This document shows positions 53,283 to 63,240 of a DNA stretch of 64,000 bases, piece after piece. The stretch is from Antedon mediterranea (taxonomy: Eukaryota > Animalia > Echinodermata). How positions within the stretch are numbered: the first letter of the stretch is position 1; every line of letters starts with the position of its first letter. Position numbers and translations under genes: made by a program. The notes below the pieces were generated by a model, which saw only the letters and a program-made list of their open reading frames with translations, was not told the DNA's origin and ran no database searches. The DNA is taken from positions 17,063,237-17,127,236 of the forward strand of contig NC_092672.1 of NCBI RefSeq assembly GCF_964355755.1. Direction: 5' to 3'.

Positions 53283-53990
53283 ATGGAGGGAAGACAATCC
53301 GTTACTCGCAGTGATCTGTACAGCGGCGACGACACCGAGTCGATCGGCTCCAGTGAAAAGAAGAAGGGTCGGTTGGCTGGCAGAATCACTACTCGTAGGT
53401 CCGATAGAAGCAAAGTTAGGAGTGACATCCATCATGATGATAGACGTAACGACAAGTTTTGCCTACTCCTCTGCGGCATCCAAATCGTGCTCATAATTCT
53501 CGTGTGCACGATTCACGTTCATCTGAAACGTGCCTATCGCTCGTTGGATGATCACAAATGTAGACTGAACTTTGGCGACGTTGTCGTCACCTCGGACACG
53601 GGATATCGAATCGTGTCGGACGAAGGGCAATCGCTTCTGATGCGCTCCATCGATCGAACGTGGATGCCTTCCGAACCATGTCGAGGATCCGAAGATGATC
53701 ATCAACAGTTCACGTGCATTTCTAAAATGTCATTGTACTCAACAAAAAACGCGTACGTGTTCACATTGTTCAACGACACAGATAGCGGTAATGTTATACT
53801 GGTGCAAGGACCCGGTTACGACGCTGACGACGACCAAGTACCCATCTACATGCGCACAGACTTGGACAGTGGCAAGATAAGCATTGGATATCCACCGGTG
53901 CCAAACGATTACGGACACAGGTTTTCAAACGATTCGATGATCTACGTTGACGGTCGTGTCGTGTCGCAGACAACGTCCAAGAATTTGTGA
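53283..53990 (+). CDS. Type II membrane protein
   Basis: Basic N-terminus, TM segment FCLLLCGIQIVLIILVCTI and a beta-rich ectodomain with sequons. Confidence 0.7.
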   Translation: MEGRQSVTRSDLYSGDDTESIGSSEKKKGRLAGRITTRRSDRSKVRSDIHHDDRRNDKFCLLLCGIQIVLIILVCTIHVHLKRAYRSLDDHKCRLNFGDVVVTSDTGYRIVSDEGQSLLMRSIDRTWMPSEPCRGSEDDHQQFTCISKMSLYSTKNAYVFTLFNDTDSGNVILVQGPGYDADDDQVPIYMRTDLDSGKISIGYPPVPNDYGHRFSNDSMIYVDGRVVSQTTSKNL

Positions 53991-54341
53991 GCACATTTCG
54001 ACGACCAACATTCCCTTCTCACATAACCTGAACGCAAGGTATATTGCAATTTCTGTCTGGATGAACGATGACATCGACCTGACATTTGGCAGAAACTTTC
54101 ATTGGTGTCAAAGAAGAAACGATTGCCTCGTCTCGTCGTTCGCGTTATTTCCATGCCGGTGACACGTTGCACGTCGTCCACAATATTTCTCAACTGCTCT
54201 TCGGACAAAACTTCTTCGGTGGTGGTTGTTGTTGTTGATACATCTTTCTTTGGCTTTTTTACCAAATGTGACAGATCGTATGGTGTTTGACAAACGCTGT
54301 CGGAGCAGTAGTGCGCCAATGCTCGACGAACATCGACGCCT

Positions 54342-54382
<41 letters not shown>

Positions 54383-55135
54383 TACACGACGCAAAAGTTT
54401 AATAGGTTTCGATGAGATTTTGTAACATCCCGGCAAACGCAACGATCTACCACCGGCGTAAATGGACAGATCGACGCATCTCATCTCCGGATAGACTTTG
54501 CACAAAGCTGTCATCATGGACGAGAGAACGTCAATGTTTTCAATCGGTCTCGGTAAACGTTGGTATACGTGTAAAGAAAACTTGTCGCTTCCTTGGCTCG
54601 AGTATACGTGTGGATTGTCGGGCAAATGGCCGAGCTCGGCCGAAAGTGCACGCTTGATGCTTTCGGCCGTTCTCAGGGCAGATTCATCGCTGCACTGAGG
54701 TCTGTTTGCATCGTCGATGTCGATCGGTATGTTGTGAATGTGGAGGTTTTCGTTAAACACTTCGCTGTACGACGACACGGAGCATGATTGAATACTACGC
54801 TCTAGTGCGGTCGGTGACGCAACCACAAAACTTCTACTGCCGCTGCCCGCTTGGCACATCTGAGATGCCAACACGGATATGCGTCTAGGTACATCGAGAG
54901 CGAAACAAGTCCACGCTCCAACGTCCCTACTGGCTGGAGGAGGTTGACACCGGGCGTACGTCTGTGCCACGGTATAGGCACGAGGAAGTTTAGCGTGACT
55001 GGCCAGCAGACCGACGGATGCGAATCGATCTGTGTTGTAATAGTTGACGATACGCTGTTGAATGCCGTTCTGATGAGTGAAGCGATCGACGATCGTATCA
55101 TCATCATCAGTGTCCTGGTAACAACTGTAGTCCAT
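53942..55135 (-). CDS. AEP-family primase (PrimPol/herpes UL52-like) with a C-terminal Zn finger
   Basis: PIDID (DxD), KFSLHVY (SxH), VDLSIY...SLRLPGCYK and the Zn finger FC....RCH...RECW..KC. Confidence 0.9.
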
Positions 55136-55619
55136 AAATAAATTTTGCTATTTTCACACTGCTCTCTTTTGCCAGTATATTGTACTCTATAATCAAATCT
55201 AAATTGATCATGATCCATGCCTTTCGCAACTGTTTTATAAGAGCCCTAGGAACGAGTATGTGGTCTACATGTGAACCTCCTCCTCCTCCTCCTACTCCTC
55301 CTCCAAATTCAAATCTTGGATAGAGAAGAAGAGGAACGTCTACTATACCACCACCACCACCACCACCACCGTCTGTTACCAATTCCTCCGCAACTACCTT
55401 GTCGCGAATAATGTGAAACGTGTAGTCGCAATGTTCACTGGCAATTCGCCAAGCTTCGCACGTTGATCTTTTGCATAGTACGTCGAATTCATCCTGCATG
55501 GCCATATAACCACGAACATCGACTCTATCGATTACATTCTCGTCACGATCGCAGGCGTCAGAAAAGTCACTGTCAAACGTCCAGTAGCGTCTCCACTCCA
55601 AGTACTTTTCTAACGACAT
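55107..55619 (-). CDS. Hypothetical protein
   Basis: 170-aa ATG-initiated ORF with poly-G tracts. Confidence 0.6.
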   Translation of the reverse strand: MSLEKYLEWRRYWTFDSDFSDACDRDENVIDRVDVRGYMAMQDEFDVLCKRSTCEAWRIASEHCDYTFHIIRDKVVAEELVTDGGGGGGGGIVDVPLLLYPRFEFGGGVGGGGGGSHVDHILVPRALIKQLRKAWIMINLDLIIEYNILAKESSVKIAKFIYGLQLLPGH

Positions 55620-56556
55620 GCTGTCAGAATACTATCTGGACGCGGATGCAATAGAACGCGAATATTACCAGCACAGAATCGTCGCTTGCAAACGTAACGA
55701 TATGGTGTACGTTTACGAGTCTTTAGTCACATTTCAAACGGTGCCTGTACTTTTACCAACACCACCACGACTCAATTGGATTAAATTTCCAACGTTCCAG
55801 ACGAGCGATGGAGTAGTTCGAAGAGCAAGAGAAATAGAAAGAGTCGGCTACGATCCCTATCCGTTCCTGGAATCTGTCGTTATGAATCGTCTATGGAACA
55901 GACTGAACGATCGCGTTCGTGTACTCACCGATTTCAGAAGTCATGCACACAAACATAACTTGGCGTCGATAAAGTGTTTCGATCGTCTCTTTGTCTCCTT
56001 CGTACCAGCCATCCACATGCATTTGTTCAACGTCGCACAGTCAACGTATAACGCACGCATACGAACGAGTATAACGCTGGTGGGAAGAGTGTTGAGAGAT
56101 TGGGGAAAAGGTGGTAGAGCCGACGAGTTTGTTAAAGCGTTACTGAAACCGTTGGTTCTTGAGACCGAAGCAGAGACGGGTATCGTGCAGTCGTTTCGAC
56201 GATCATGTGGAATCTATAACCGAACGGTCAAGACAAAAAGGAACGTCGTCACAATTCAATCGGAGCCTATTTCGTGGACATTCAATTGGAACGATTGTCG
56301 ATTGAAGCAACACGATCAACTTGTACTTTACGAACGTGAAGATGAACGGTTAAAGTGGACGTGCTGCATGTTTTTCGACAGACGAGTACCCATCGAACGT
56401 ATTCCAATAAATCTTCTCATTTCACTCATTTCGGTGATACACATTGAGAAGAATGGAGAAACGATCGATAGAGGCCTCACCTCGTGCTTCACGCGGTCGT
56501 GTAATTCATTATTGTCTAAGAGAATCATGAGAAGAATTATTAAAAAAAATATATAA
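55618..56556 (+). CDS. Hypothetical protein
   Basis: 312-aa ATG-initiated ORF. Confidence 0.7.
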   Translation: MLSEYYLDADAIEREYYQHRIVACKRNDMVYVYESLVTFQTVPVLLPTPPRLNWIKFPTFQTSDGVVRRAREIERVGYDPYPFLESVVMNRLWNRLNDRVRVLTDFRSHAHKHNLASIKCFDRLFVSFVPAIHMHLFNVAQSTYNARIRTSITLVGRVLRDWGKGGRADEFVKALLKPLVLETEAETGIVQSFRRSCGIYNRTVKTKRNVVTIQSEPISWTFNWNDCRLKQHDQLVLYEREDERLKWTCCMFFDRRVPIERIPINLLISLISVIHIEKNGETIDRGLTSCFTRSCNSLLSKRIMRRIIKKNI

Positions 56557-56661
56557 AACGATTTATTGTAGCTTTTTTTTTTAATTTATTTTGTTCGTCC
56601 AAGAGTCATTATAAAAAAAAAACACAATGTAACGCACGTCTTTGCTTTTGGTTTTATTTGT

Positions 56662-56720
<59 letters not shown>

Positions 56721-57005
56721 TTTAATTTAGATTATGGTAAAAGATTTGTTTCAATTCATGAATCAAAGTAAACAATCCGATAAACAACATGTGTAATAGA
56801 TAGATCATGAAAACACAGTTTCAAGATCTCTAGCGTTTATACCCGTTATCAATTCTTCACAATCACTATATATAAAAAAAAAAAAAACAAACAGCAGCAC
56901 ATCGATGATTCCAATATACGTACCAACTATTGAGTAACACAGTCGTCGTAACGGCAAACATGTTCGTAGTTCTATTGTGTAAAGGCAACAGTAAGTTTAA
57001 ACGTG

Positions 57006-57977
57006 CTAGGTAGTAGGTAGACACGGACACTGAGAGAATCCATCCCATACGTTCATGCACGCGTCACACGTAATCAAATGGTCTTCTTCGTCGCTTACCA
57101 CCGTCGCTGACGATTGTGGTGAATCAACAAAGATTATTGGCGAATCGGTAATCGATTGGTCATTCGATGTATTACTACTATACGTTTCTTCGCATAACAT
57201 TGGATCCAAATCGATATGGTTCAACTTTCTTGTTATCTCATGATCAACGATGTCATCATCATCATCATGATATTCCCGGGCGTTGTCGGCATGTAAACAT
57301 TCTTCATTATTGTACTGCAACACTGGATCGTTTTTGTATTGTATTTCAGTCACTGTATCGTTGCGCGTGTACCAACAAGGACATTGACCGTTTCCGTCCC
57401 ATGTCTGTAAACAGTGTTCGCATTGAAAGTGATCTGTCAATTCTGCCATATAGCTATTTTTCTTCTCTTCCTCAACGAACAGCACCTTTATACTATCGTT
57501 ATCAATTGGCAAATCAATATTGTACAATCTTCTTGTCATCTCACCATCATCATCATGACATTCCCCGGCATGTAAACTTTCTTCATCACCAGCGTCGTAC
57601 TGCATTTCAGTCACTATATAGTTGCAACAAGGACATTGACCGTTTCCGTCCCATGCCTGTAAACAATATTCGCATTGAAAGTGATCTGTCAATTCTGCCA
57701 TATAGCTATTTTTCTTCTCTTCCTCAACGAACAGCACCTTTATACTATCGTTATCAATTGGAAAATCAATATTGTACAATCTTCTTGTCATCTCACCATC
57801 ATCATCATGACATTCCCCGGCATGTAAACTTTCTTCATCACCAGCGTCGTACTGCATTTCAGTCACTATATAGTTGCAACAAGGACATTGACCGTTTCCT
57901 TCCCATGTCCGTAAACAATATTCGCATTGAAAGAGATCTGTTAATTCTGCCATATTTCTATCCCAAACGAACAGCAT
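57006..57977 (-). CDS. Acidic protein with four CxxCxxxW(D/E)GxxQCPC motifs, partly encoded by 252-bp tandem repeats
   Basis: CATTGAAA anchors at 57421, 57673 and 57925 define a 252-bp (84-aa) period. A fourth motif, CDACMNVWDGFSQCPC, is at the C-terminus. Confidence 0.8.
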   Translation of the reverse strand: MLFVWDRNMAELTDLFQCEYCLRTWEGNGQCPCCNYIVTEMQYDAGDEESLHAGECHDDDGEMTRRLYNIDFPIDNDSIKVLFVEEEKKNSYMAELTDHFQCEYCLQAWDGNGQCPCCNYIVTEMQYDAGDEESLHAGECHDDDGEMTRRLYNIDLPIDNDSIKVLFVEEEKKNSYMAELTDHFQCEHCLQTWDGNGQCPCWYTRNDTVTEIQYKNDPVLQYNNEECLHADNAREYHDDDDDIVDHEITRKLNHIDLDPMLCEETYSSNTSNDQSITDSPIIFVDSPQSSATVVSDEEDHLITCDACMNVWDGFSQCPCLPTT

Positions 57978-58079
57978 CTCTATACGACGATGCGTAATCA
58001 ACTAACTAATGTCATCTCATTGCCTCTTTTTAAGTACTACAAATAGCCTCCTCGTAACAAAATAGAAAATTCGTCCTCG

Positions 58080-58275
58080 TACCCCAAACAATGCGGATCC
58101 TCGTAGCAAAAAAGAAATTCGTCTTCGAACTCAAGAAGACCGTGCGGATCCTCGTAGCAAAAAAGAAAATCGTCCTCGAACTCGAGAAGACCGTGCGCAT
58201 CCTCGTTGCAAAAAAGAAAATCGTCCTCGAACTCGAGAAGACCGTGCGGATCTTCGTAGCAAAAAAGAAAATCTA
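58080..58275. repeat. 51-bp minisatellite (about 4 copies), possibly coding (ORF 58037-58291, minus strand)
   Basis: TGCGGATCCTCGTAGCAAAAAAGAAA occurs at 58092 and 58143, with further variants. It translates as FLFCYEDPHGLLEFEDD repeats. Confidence 0.9.
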
Positions 58276-58352
58276 TCGATAGGTCCTTCATAGTGTTTTG
58301 CTTGACAAAAATAAAATATACATACTATATATGTGTGTGTGTGTGTGTGTGT

Positions 58353-58799
58353 ATGTATGATGCAACATCCGTGATGGCAGCAGGGTGTAGACTGTGCTCG
58401 TATGACGTTGACAGTAAGCAGAGACAATTTTGCAACAATGATCCTAGTTCACAAAACTATCATCCCGTGTTGCACGGTGAGCACATATTCGAAAAGTACG
58501 GCGGTAGAAATCAAAAAGAGATCCTTCAGAGTATCACAACCAGCATAGCTACAATAGACACATCAATGAACGATATCACGTTGGACGAGGTTCGTCTTCA
58601 TTTCGATCAGCACATTATACCCAGCTATCGTCGAGTGTGTGAAGAGCAATTGTTGATTTGCAGACGTTTAGAGAGATTCATGGCGGATACGGTGATGATG
58701 GAAGACGAAGTACCGTCACCGAGTGATTTTAAAACGTATAGAACCGTGTGTCAGGATACACAAAAACTTGCCAAAGAGATTGAGCAAATAAACGCTTAA
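58353..58799 (+). CDS. Hypothetical protein (CxxC ... HxxxH)
   Basis: ATG after a (TG)n tract, with CRLC and HFDQH motifs and a C-terminal helix. Confidence 0.6.
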   Translation: MYDATSVMAAGCRLCSYDVDSKQRQFCNNDPSSQNYHPVLHGEHIFEKYGGRNQKEILQSITTSIATIDTSMNDITLDEVRLHFDQHIIPSYRRVCEEQLLICRRLERFMADTVMMEDEVPSPSDFKTYRTVCQDTQKLAKEIEQINA

Positions 58800-59601
58800 T
58801 TTACACACGAGCACTTGCAATACTATGAGTTCAATATACATTCATTGTATTCATACACAGACAATCTACCGCATAATAAAATGTACTCGAGATGCAGAAA
58901 GCACGTTAGTTGAAATCGTTTTATTTTTTCTCTGTTGTGAAGGAAATGAATTTGTACGCACTGAACATCTAAAACCATCAAGATATCCGTCTTGGATCAA
59001 TTCGATCGTTGTTCTAACTACCAGAAAATTTAAATCCATTCGACATGGGGCAGATTTTGTTAACTCACGGCAGCACAGTTTCACGAGTTTGCTTACGTTG
59101 GAAAGAAACAACGTCGTCGCGGGCTCATCAGCGGCTTTAACTGTAGTTAAGTGTAGTGAAGGCCAACAAACAAACCGTTCGAAATAAAGGTGAAGAGAAA
59201 ACGCAGACCAATTGTTGTGTATTTTTTAATTGGTAGTGGAATAATAAAAAACAAAAACAAACATGTGCCTCAACCAATTCTTTATAATTATTATCATCAT
59301 CATCATCGGTATTTGAGCACCAACTAAGTATTCGGTAGTTACTACTGGTTTTTTTTTAATACCACTTACGTTTTTGTCGGTCATGTGTATTACATAGTTT
59401 GTTACCATCATCAACGTCCACTCAGATAATTTACGTTTTTGCTTCTCTGGCCGTTGTTATTTGTATCGTTTACAGTACTACTAGCTGTCATCGATATTAC
59501 AAACACACGCGCACAGTAATGAAATAAGAAGAAGACATTAAGGTTTGTGGTGCATTTATTTTTACTTTCTTATGTTATACATGACATTTTACACAATTGT
59601 T

Positions 59602-60243
59602 TCACACCACCGTTGCTCCGTATTCGGCCATCAGTTGATCGCACGTGTCTAGTAATGGATCTTCAGGAAACTGCACCGGTTCAATTGCATGACAAACATT
59701 TGCTTCTATTTGATTGACGTCGGCACAGTCTGTTTCAAGATCACCATCAACATAATCCTGTCCGATCAATAGATTCAGCTTTCGTATGACTTCTGTAACG
59801 GTTTGTTTGTACGGTAAGTTTGCTCTTCTGGCCAACATTTGACGATCCGCTTGCTCCTTCATAAAGTCTTGTTTGTTGATTTCACATTGAATTTTTAAAA
59901 GTTTGATCATCTCGGTCGCCCCCTTGTATTTGGAACATAATTCCAAAGTTTCGGGCAGTTTCCTTCGCAACTGTTCATACTTCACAGTCATTTCAGCGAG
60001 TCTTGCCTTTAGGCTGTCTATCTCGTATCGTTGTGTCTCCTCCTTTACCACATCCCTATGCGCGTCCATGGCGGCATGTGTCAAGTCTTTGTACATGTTT
60101 TGCGGTAACGAGTTGGCGTACTTTTCGGCAGCGATTACTCTTCCTCTCAGTCGATCTTGTTCTTGTAACATACTCAACTTATCAACTTGCATAGCTTCAA
60201 GTTCCTGTTTCAATTCCGCAATCATATCCTTTGACTTTCCCAT
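59602..60243 (-). CDS. Coiled-coil protein with a NEMO/optineurin/ABIN UBAN-like motif
   Basis: LLKIQCEINKQDFMKEQADRQML parallels NEMO [22 protein letters not shown]. ATG at 60243. Confidence 0.7.
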   Translation of the reverse strand: MGKSKDMIAELKQELEAMQVDKLSMLQEQDRLRGRVIAAEKYANSLPQNMYKDLTHAAMDAHRDVVKEETQRYEIDSLKARLAEMTVKYEQLRRKLPETLELCSKYKGATEMIKLLKIQCEINKQDFMKEQADRQMLARRANLPYKQTVTEVIRKLNLLIGQDYVDGDLETDCADVNQIEANVCHAIEPVQFPEDPLLDTCDQLMAEYGATVV

Positions 60244-60320
60244 ACCGAACGAATCTGAATGATTTTTTTTTTTGCTCTGACACGTTATTATATAGTGTGT
60301 GTGTGTGTGTGTGTGTCGCG

Positions 60321-61307
60321 TCAAGAAAAGTGATACGGTCGAAAGTATCTGTTCATAAACAGTTCAATCTCGGGACTGCGAACGTTACCGTAGAAATCGG
60401 TAGCAAACTCTCCGATGGCTTTCACCATACACGGCGTCACACAACCGTTTCTCGATCGACAAACAAATCCCATAGACTTTAGTTGATTGGGAATATAATG
60501 ATCGTTGCTAAAAAACAGCGAAGGATATGGATAGTTAAGAGCGTCGGTTACTCCGGGTAGCATGCCTACGGCCAAGTACAGTTTAGTACCCGCTTTTGCA
60601 TTCAATCGACACGATTCGTGAACTCCAGACAGTGTTGTAATCATCTTACCGAAATGTTGCGTTGTTATGCACGGATACGATTCGTTCGTAAACCATTGAT
60701 TGCCACCGAAAGAAAGCTGATAGCCGATAGGCAGAAAGTAAGAGAGGAAATCTCTAGGAGTTTTCATGCGTGCCAGTACGGCTCCAAAGCTGTCGAATCC
60801 ACGTCGTTGACACACCGTTTTGATGTATTCGTTGTGCGGCACGTCGCGATCGAAACAGTCGTTGATGTCGAGTGTAACCTCTTCTTTGATGATGTTTTGG
60901 AGGTGAGGCAACGGCACCGTTGCCTTGTCCGTACTCGCTTTAAAACTGGGTTCGGGTAACGCGTAACAGTTTACAGGAGCCGGTGTTGCAGTAGACATTT
61001 TCCTTTGACCGTTGTAAAGAAACAGCATATCGCCTCGATTGAATTGAATGGATCTGTTGAAGAATTCGTGATACGTTGTTATGTCACGAACACCGTCCGT
61101 ATCCTTTTGTGCGTGAGTTGACGTTGGATACATAAAGTTTCTTCTATCGCCGAAATTTGGTATACGCGACGTACCGGCCGTCATGTCTGTCTCATCGAGT
61201 CTGTACTCGCCACGACGTTCTGTCGCTTTGATCGGTGAATTTGGCTGTATGCCCGTGTACCATCTAATACCATCACCGGCGGCGTAAGGATGGAATCGTG
61301 ATACCAT
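60321..61307 (-). CDS. Putative second capsid triplex protein
   Basis: About 330 aa with the pattern GDMLF...LQNII...FLPIG...G..ITT...GTKLYL...KAIG, reminiscent of triplex-like proteins. Weak by-eye call. Confidence 0.4.
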   Translation of the reverse strand: MVSRFHPYAAGDGIRWYTGIQPNSPIKATERRGEYRLDETDMTAGTSRIPNFGDRRNFMYPTSTHAQKDTDGVRDITTYHEFFNRSIQFNRGDMLFLYNGQRKMSTATPAPVNCYALPEPSFKASTDKATVPLPHLQNIIKEEVTLDINDCFDRDVPHNEYIKTVCQRRGFDSFGAVLARMKTPRDFLSYFLPIGYQLSFGGNQWFTNESYPCITTQHFGKMITTLSGVHESCRLNAKAGTKLYLAVGMLPGVTDALNYPYPSLFFSNDHYIPNQLKSMGFVCRSRNGCVTPCMVKAIGEFATDFYGNVRSPEIELFMNRYFRPYHFS

Positions 61308-61371
61308 TATTATTTGTGTGTGTGTGTGTTTTACGAAAACAAACAAAGAAAACCGGGACGTTAACAACAAG

Positions 61372-63240
61372 ATGGAAGAGAAACGTTTGCTTGTCAATCA
61401 TCACAAAGCGCGTGAAGATCTAGCATACGTCGGTCAACGACCGAGAACGTTGGGCTACAAAGGATCTGAACAGATTCGAGTATGTACATCGAAAGACAAA
61501 ACGATTATGGTTTGGATAATACCCACGTACGAGAGTAAAAAGCCTAAAGGGTGCGTAAACATTATTGGAATGGCAAACGATCAACTTGTTGACGCGTTGT
61601 TGACGTTCATGAACACGAATAGAAACTCATACTTTGTCGCCACTCTTTCCTATCAGGATCGAATCTCTTGCTTGAGTATAGCCGAGAAGATTGGCTGCAA
61701 GGACACCATCTGCGTGTTTACGTCTGCCGTGTACGAGATGTGCATGCACGATCTGCTGAAAGCCAGAAGAACCGCCGACAGAATTTCATCTTGGTCGTTG
61801 ACGAATGTCGTCGACTCGGCCATTTGCAGAACGTTTGGCAAAATTAAACTGCACGAACAGGAACTCAAGTGGGAAGAGTTGATGACCTGGCTGGATACGG
61901 CCAGACACGATCAGCCGACAGAAGTAAAATCGCACGACAGTGTGTACTATATGCCAGAATCGTATCTTTGGCATCTTGTGCACACATGGATTAACAAAAA
62001 CGGCAAAACGGAACATCCAAGAAAACAACACGCTCTCGTTAAACTCATACGAGGCAGATTACTGAACGATTCGGAAATGCTGTACAGAATTGCGTTTGTA
62101 CGTCTCTCCTCCATCAATCAACTGGTTCAAGATTTGAGACATTATGTAAAACAAGTGTTTCATCATCATCGATTGAACGAGCAATCGGCGTTGGGTGTTC
62201 GTCACAGTCATCGACAAATTGCCACTTTCGGAACAACAACGCCACCTCCACCACCATCAATACCACAACAGCAGCTGGAAGAATACGTACACGTTACCGC
62301 TTCGTTCATGACGGCACCGTTCTATCGAACTACCGTAGTTCGGAATCTGGCGTACACAGTATCTCCAGCAGACGAGGAGAACGCGACGATGCGTCTTCAT
62401 CGATACAATGCCATCGTTGGAACGTTCGTAAGATTGCAAAACTCTACAACGAAGCGTACAGACGAATCGGTATGCCTGACGAGAATGAACGAAGATTTGT
62501 TGATACTAAGCGGTGGTGGAGCTAAAGAATTTGAAACGTTCGATTTGGATAGTGGTGCGTGGAGCGTGGAACAGTCATTGGATACGGGCGTCGGCGGTGA
62601 ATTGTACACGTCGCACGCAACGTGTCAACACGGCCGCGACCTATGCGCATGGTACGTGGATCAAGCGGGTGATCATCTTCTGGTGATGTTGCGACGTACC
62701 CGAACAACGTGGAACGTCCTACTCAGACATCCAATTTCCATGGACGAAAACGAAAAGCAAAAGAATGTGAAACGTACCAGTGTGCATTCGTTCTTTGACG
62801 CAAACACGATTGTAGCGTTCCACGGCAACACCGTCATCACTGTACACGTACCGTCGGGAAGGTTCGTGAAAACAACGGCACCATTGCATCCTACGCCCGG
62901 TGAATGGATAGGCGAGGTGAAACACGAAAACACTGTTCAACGCATCGGCTGTAACGGCATTGTAGACACTTTTGTTTTCCAACAGTCTGTTGCTGCTGCT
63001 GCTGCTTCTTCTGCTGCTGTCGACGAATTTCGAATACAGATTGTCAACAGAAAAATAAAACTCGAGCACGGTACTATTGTTGCGTGCGCACCGCTTCTCT
63101 TTCCCGATGGTACAGTGCGACCGACAGTGCTGCATGCATCCGTTTTGAATTCCACAAAGAAACAACACAGATTCTCTCTCTTTCGACGATCAAGAAGAAG
63201 AAGTAGTAGTAGTAGTAGTAGTAGTAAGCTGAAAAGTTGA
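61372..63240 (+). CDS. BTB-BACK-Kelch-like protein (Cullin-3 adaptor mimic)
   Basis: BTB-like LVDALLTFMNT...CLSIAEKI, BACK-like ESYLWHLVHTWI...RKQH..VKLIR..LL and kelch-like LILSGG...ETFDLDSGAWS. Confidence 0.72.
   Translation: MEEKRLLVNHHKAREDLAYVGQRPRTLGYKGSEQIRVCTSKDKTIMVWIIPTYESKKPKGCVNIIGMANDQLVDALLTFMNTNRNSYFVATLSYQDRISCLSIAEKIGCKDTICVFTSAVYEMCMHDLLKARRTADRISSWSLTNVVDSAICRTFGKIKLHEQELKWEELMTWLDTARHDQPTEVKSHDSVYYMPESYLWHLVHTWINKNGKTEHPRKQHALVKLIRGRLLNDSEMLYRIAFVRLSSINQLVQDLRHYVKQVFHHHRLNEQSALGVRHSHRQIATFGTTTPPPPPSIPQQQLEEYVHVTASFMTAPFYRTTVVRNLAYTVSPADEENATMRLHRYNAIVGTFVRLQNSTTKRTDESVCLTRMNEDLLILSGGGAKEFETFDLDSGAWSVEQSLDTGVGGELYTSHATCQHGRDLCAWYVDQAGDHLLVMLRRTRTTWNVLLRHPISMDENEKQKNVKRTSVHSFFDANTIVAFHGNTVITVHVPSGRFVKTTAPLHPTPGEWIGEVKHENTVQRIGCNGIVDTFVFQQSVAAAAASSAAVDEFRIQIVNRKIKLEHGTIVACAPLLFPDGTVRPTVLHASVLNSTKKQHRFSLFRRSRRRSSSSSSSSKLKS

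Noticed and set aside
57167-57997. 276-aa plus-strand ORF antisense to the Cys-repeat gene
   Set aside because: It stays open because the 252-bp unit lacks stops in that frame. The minus-strand frame carries the conserved motif.
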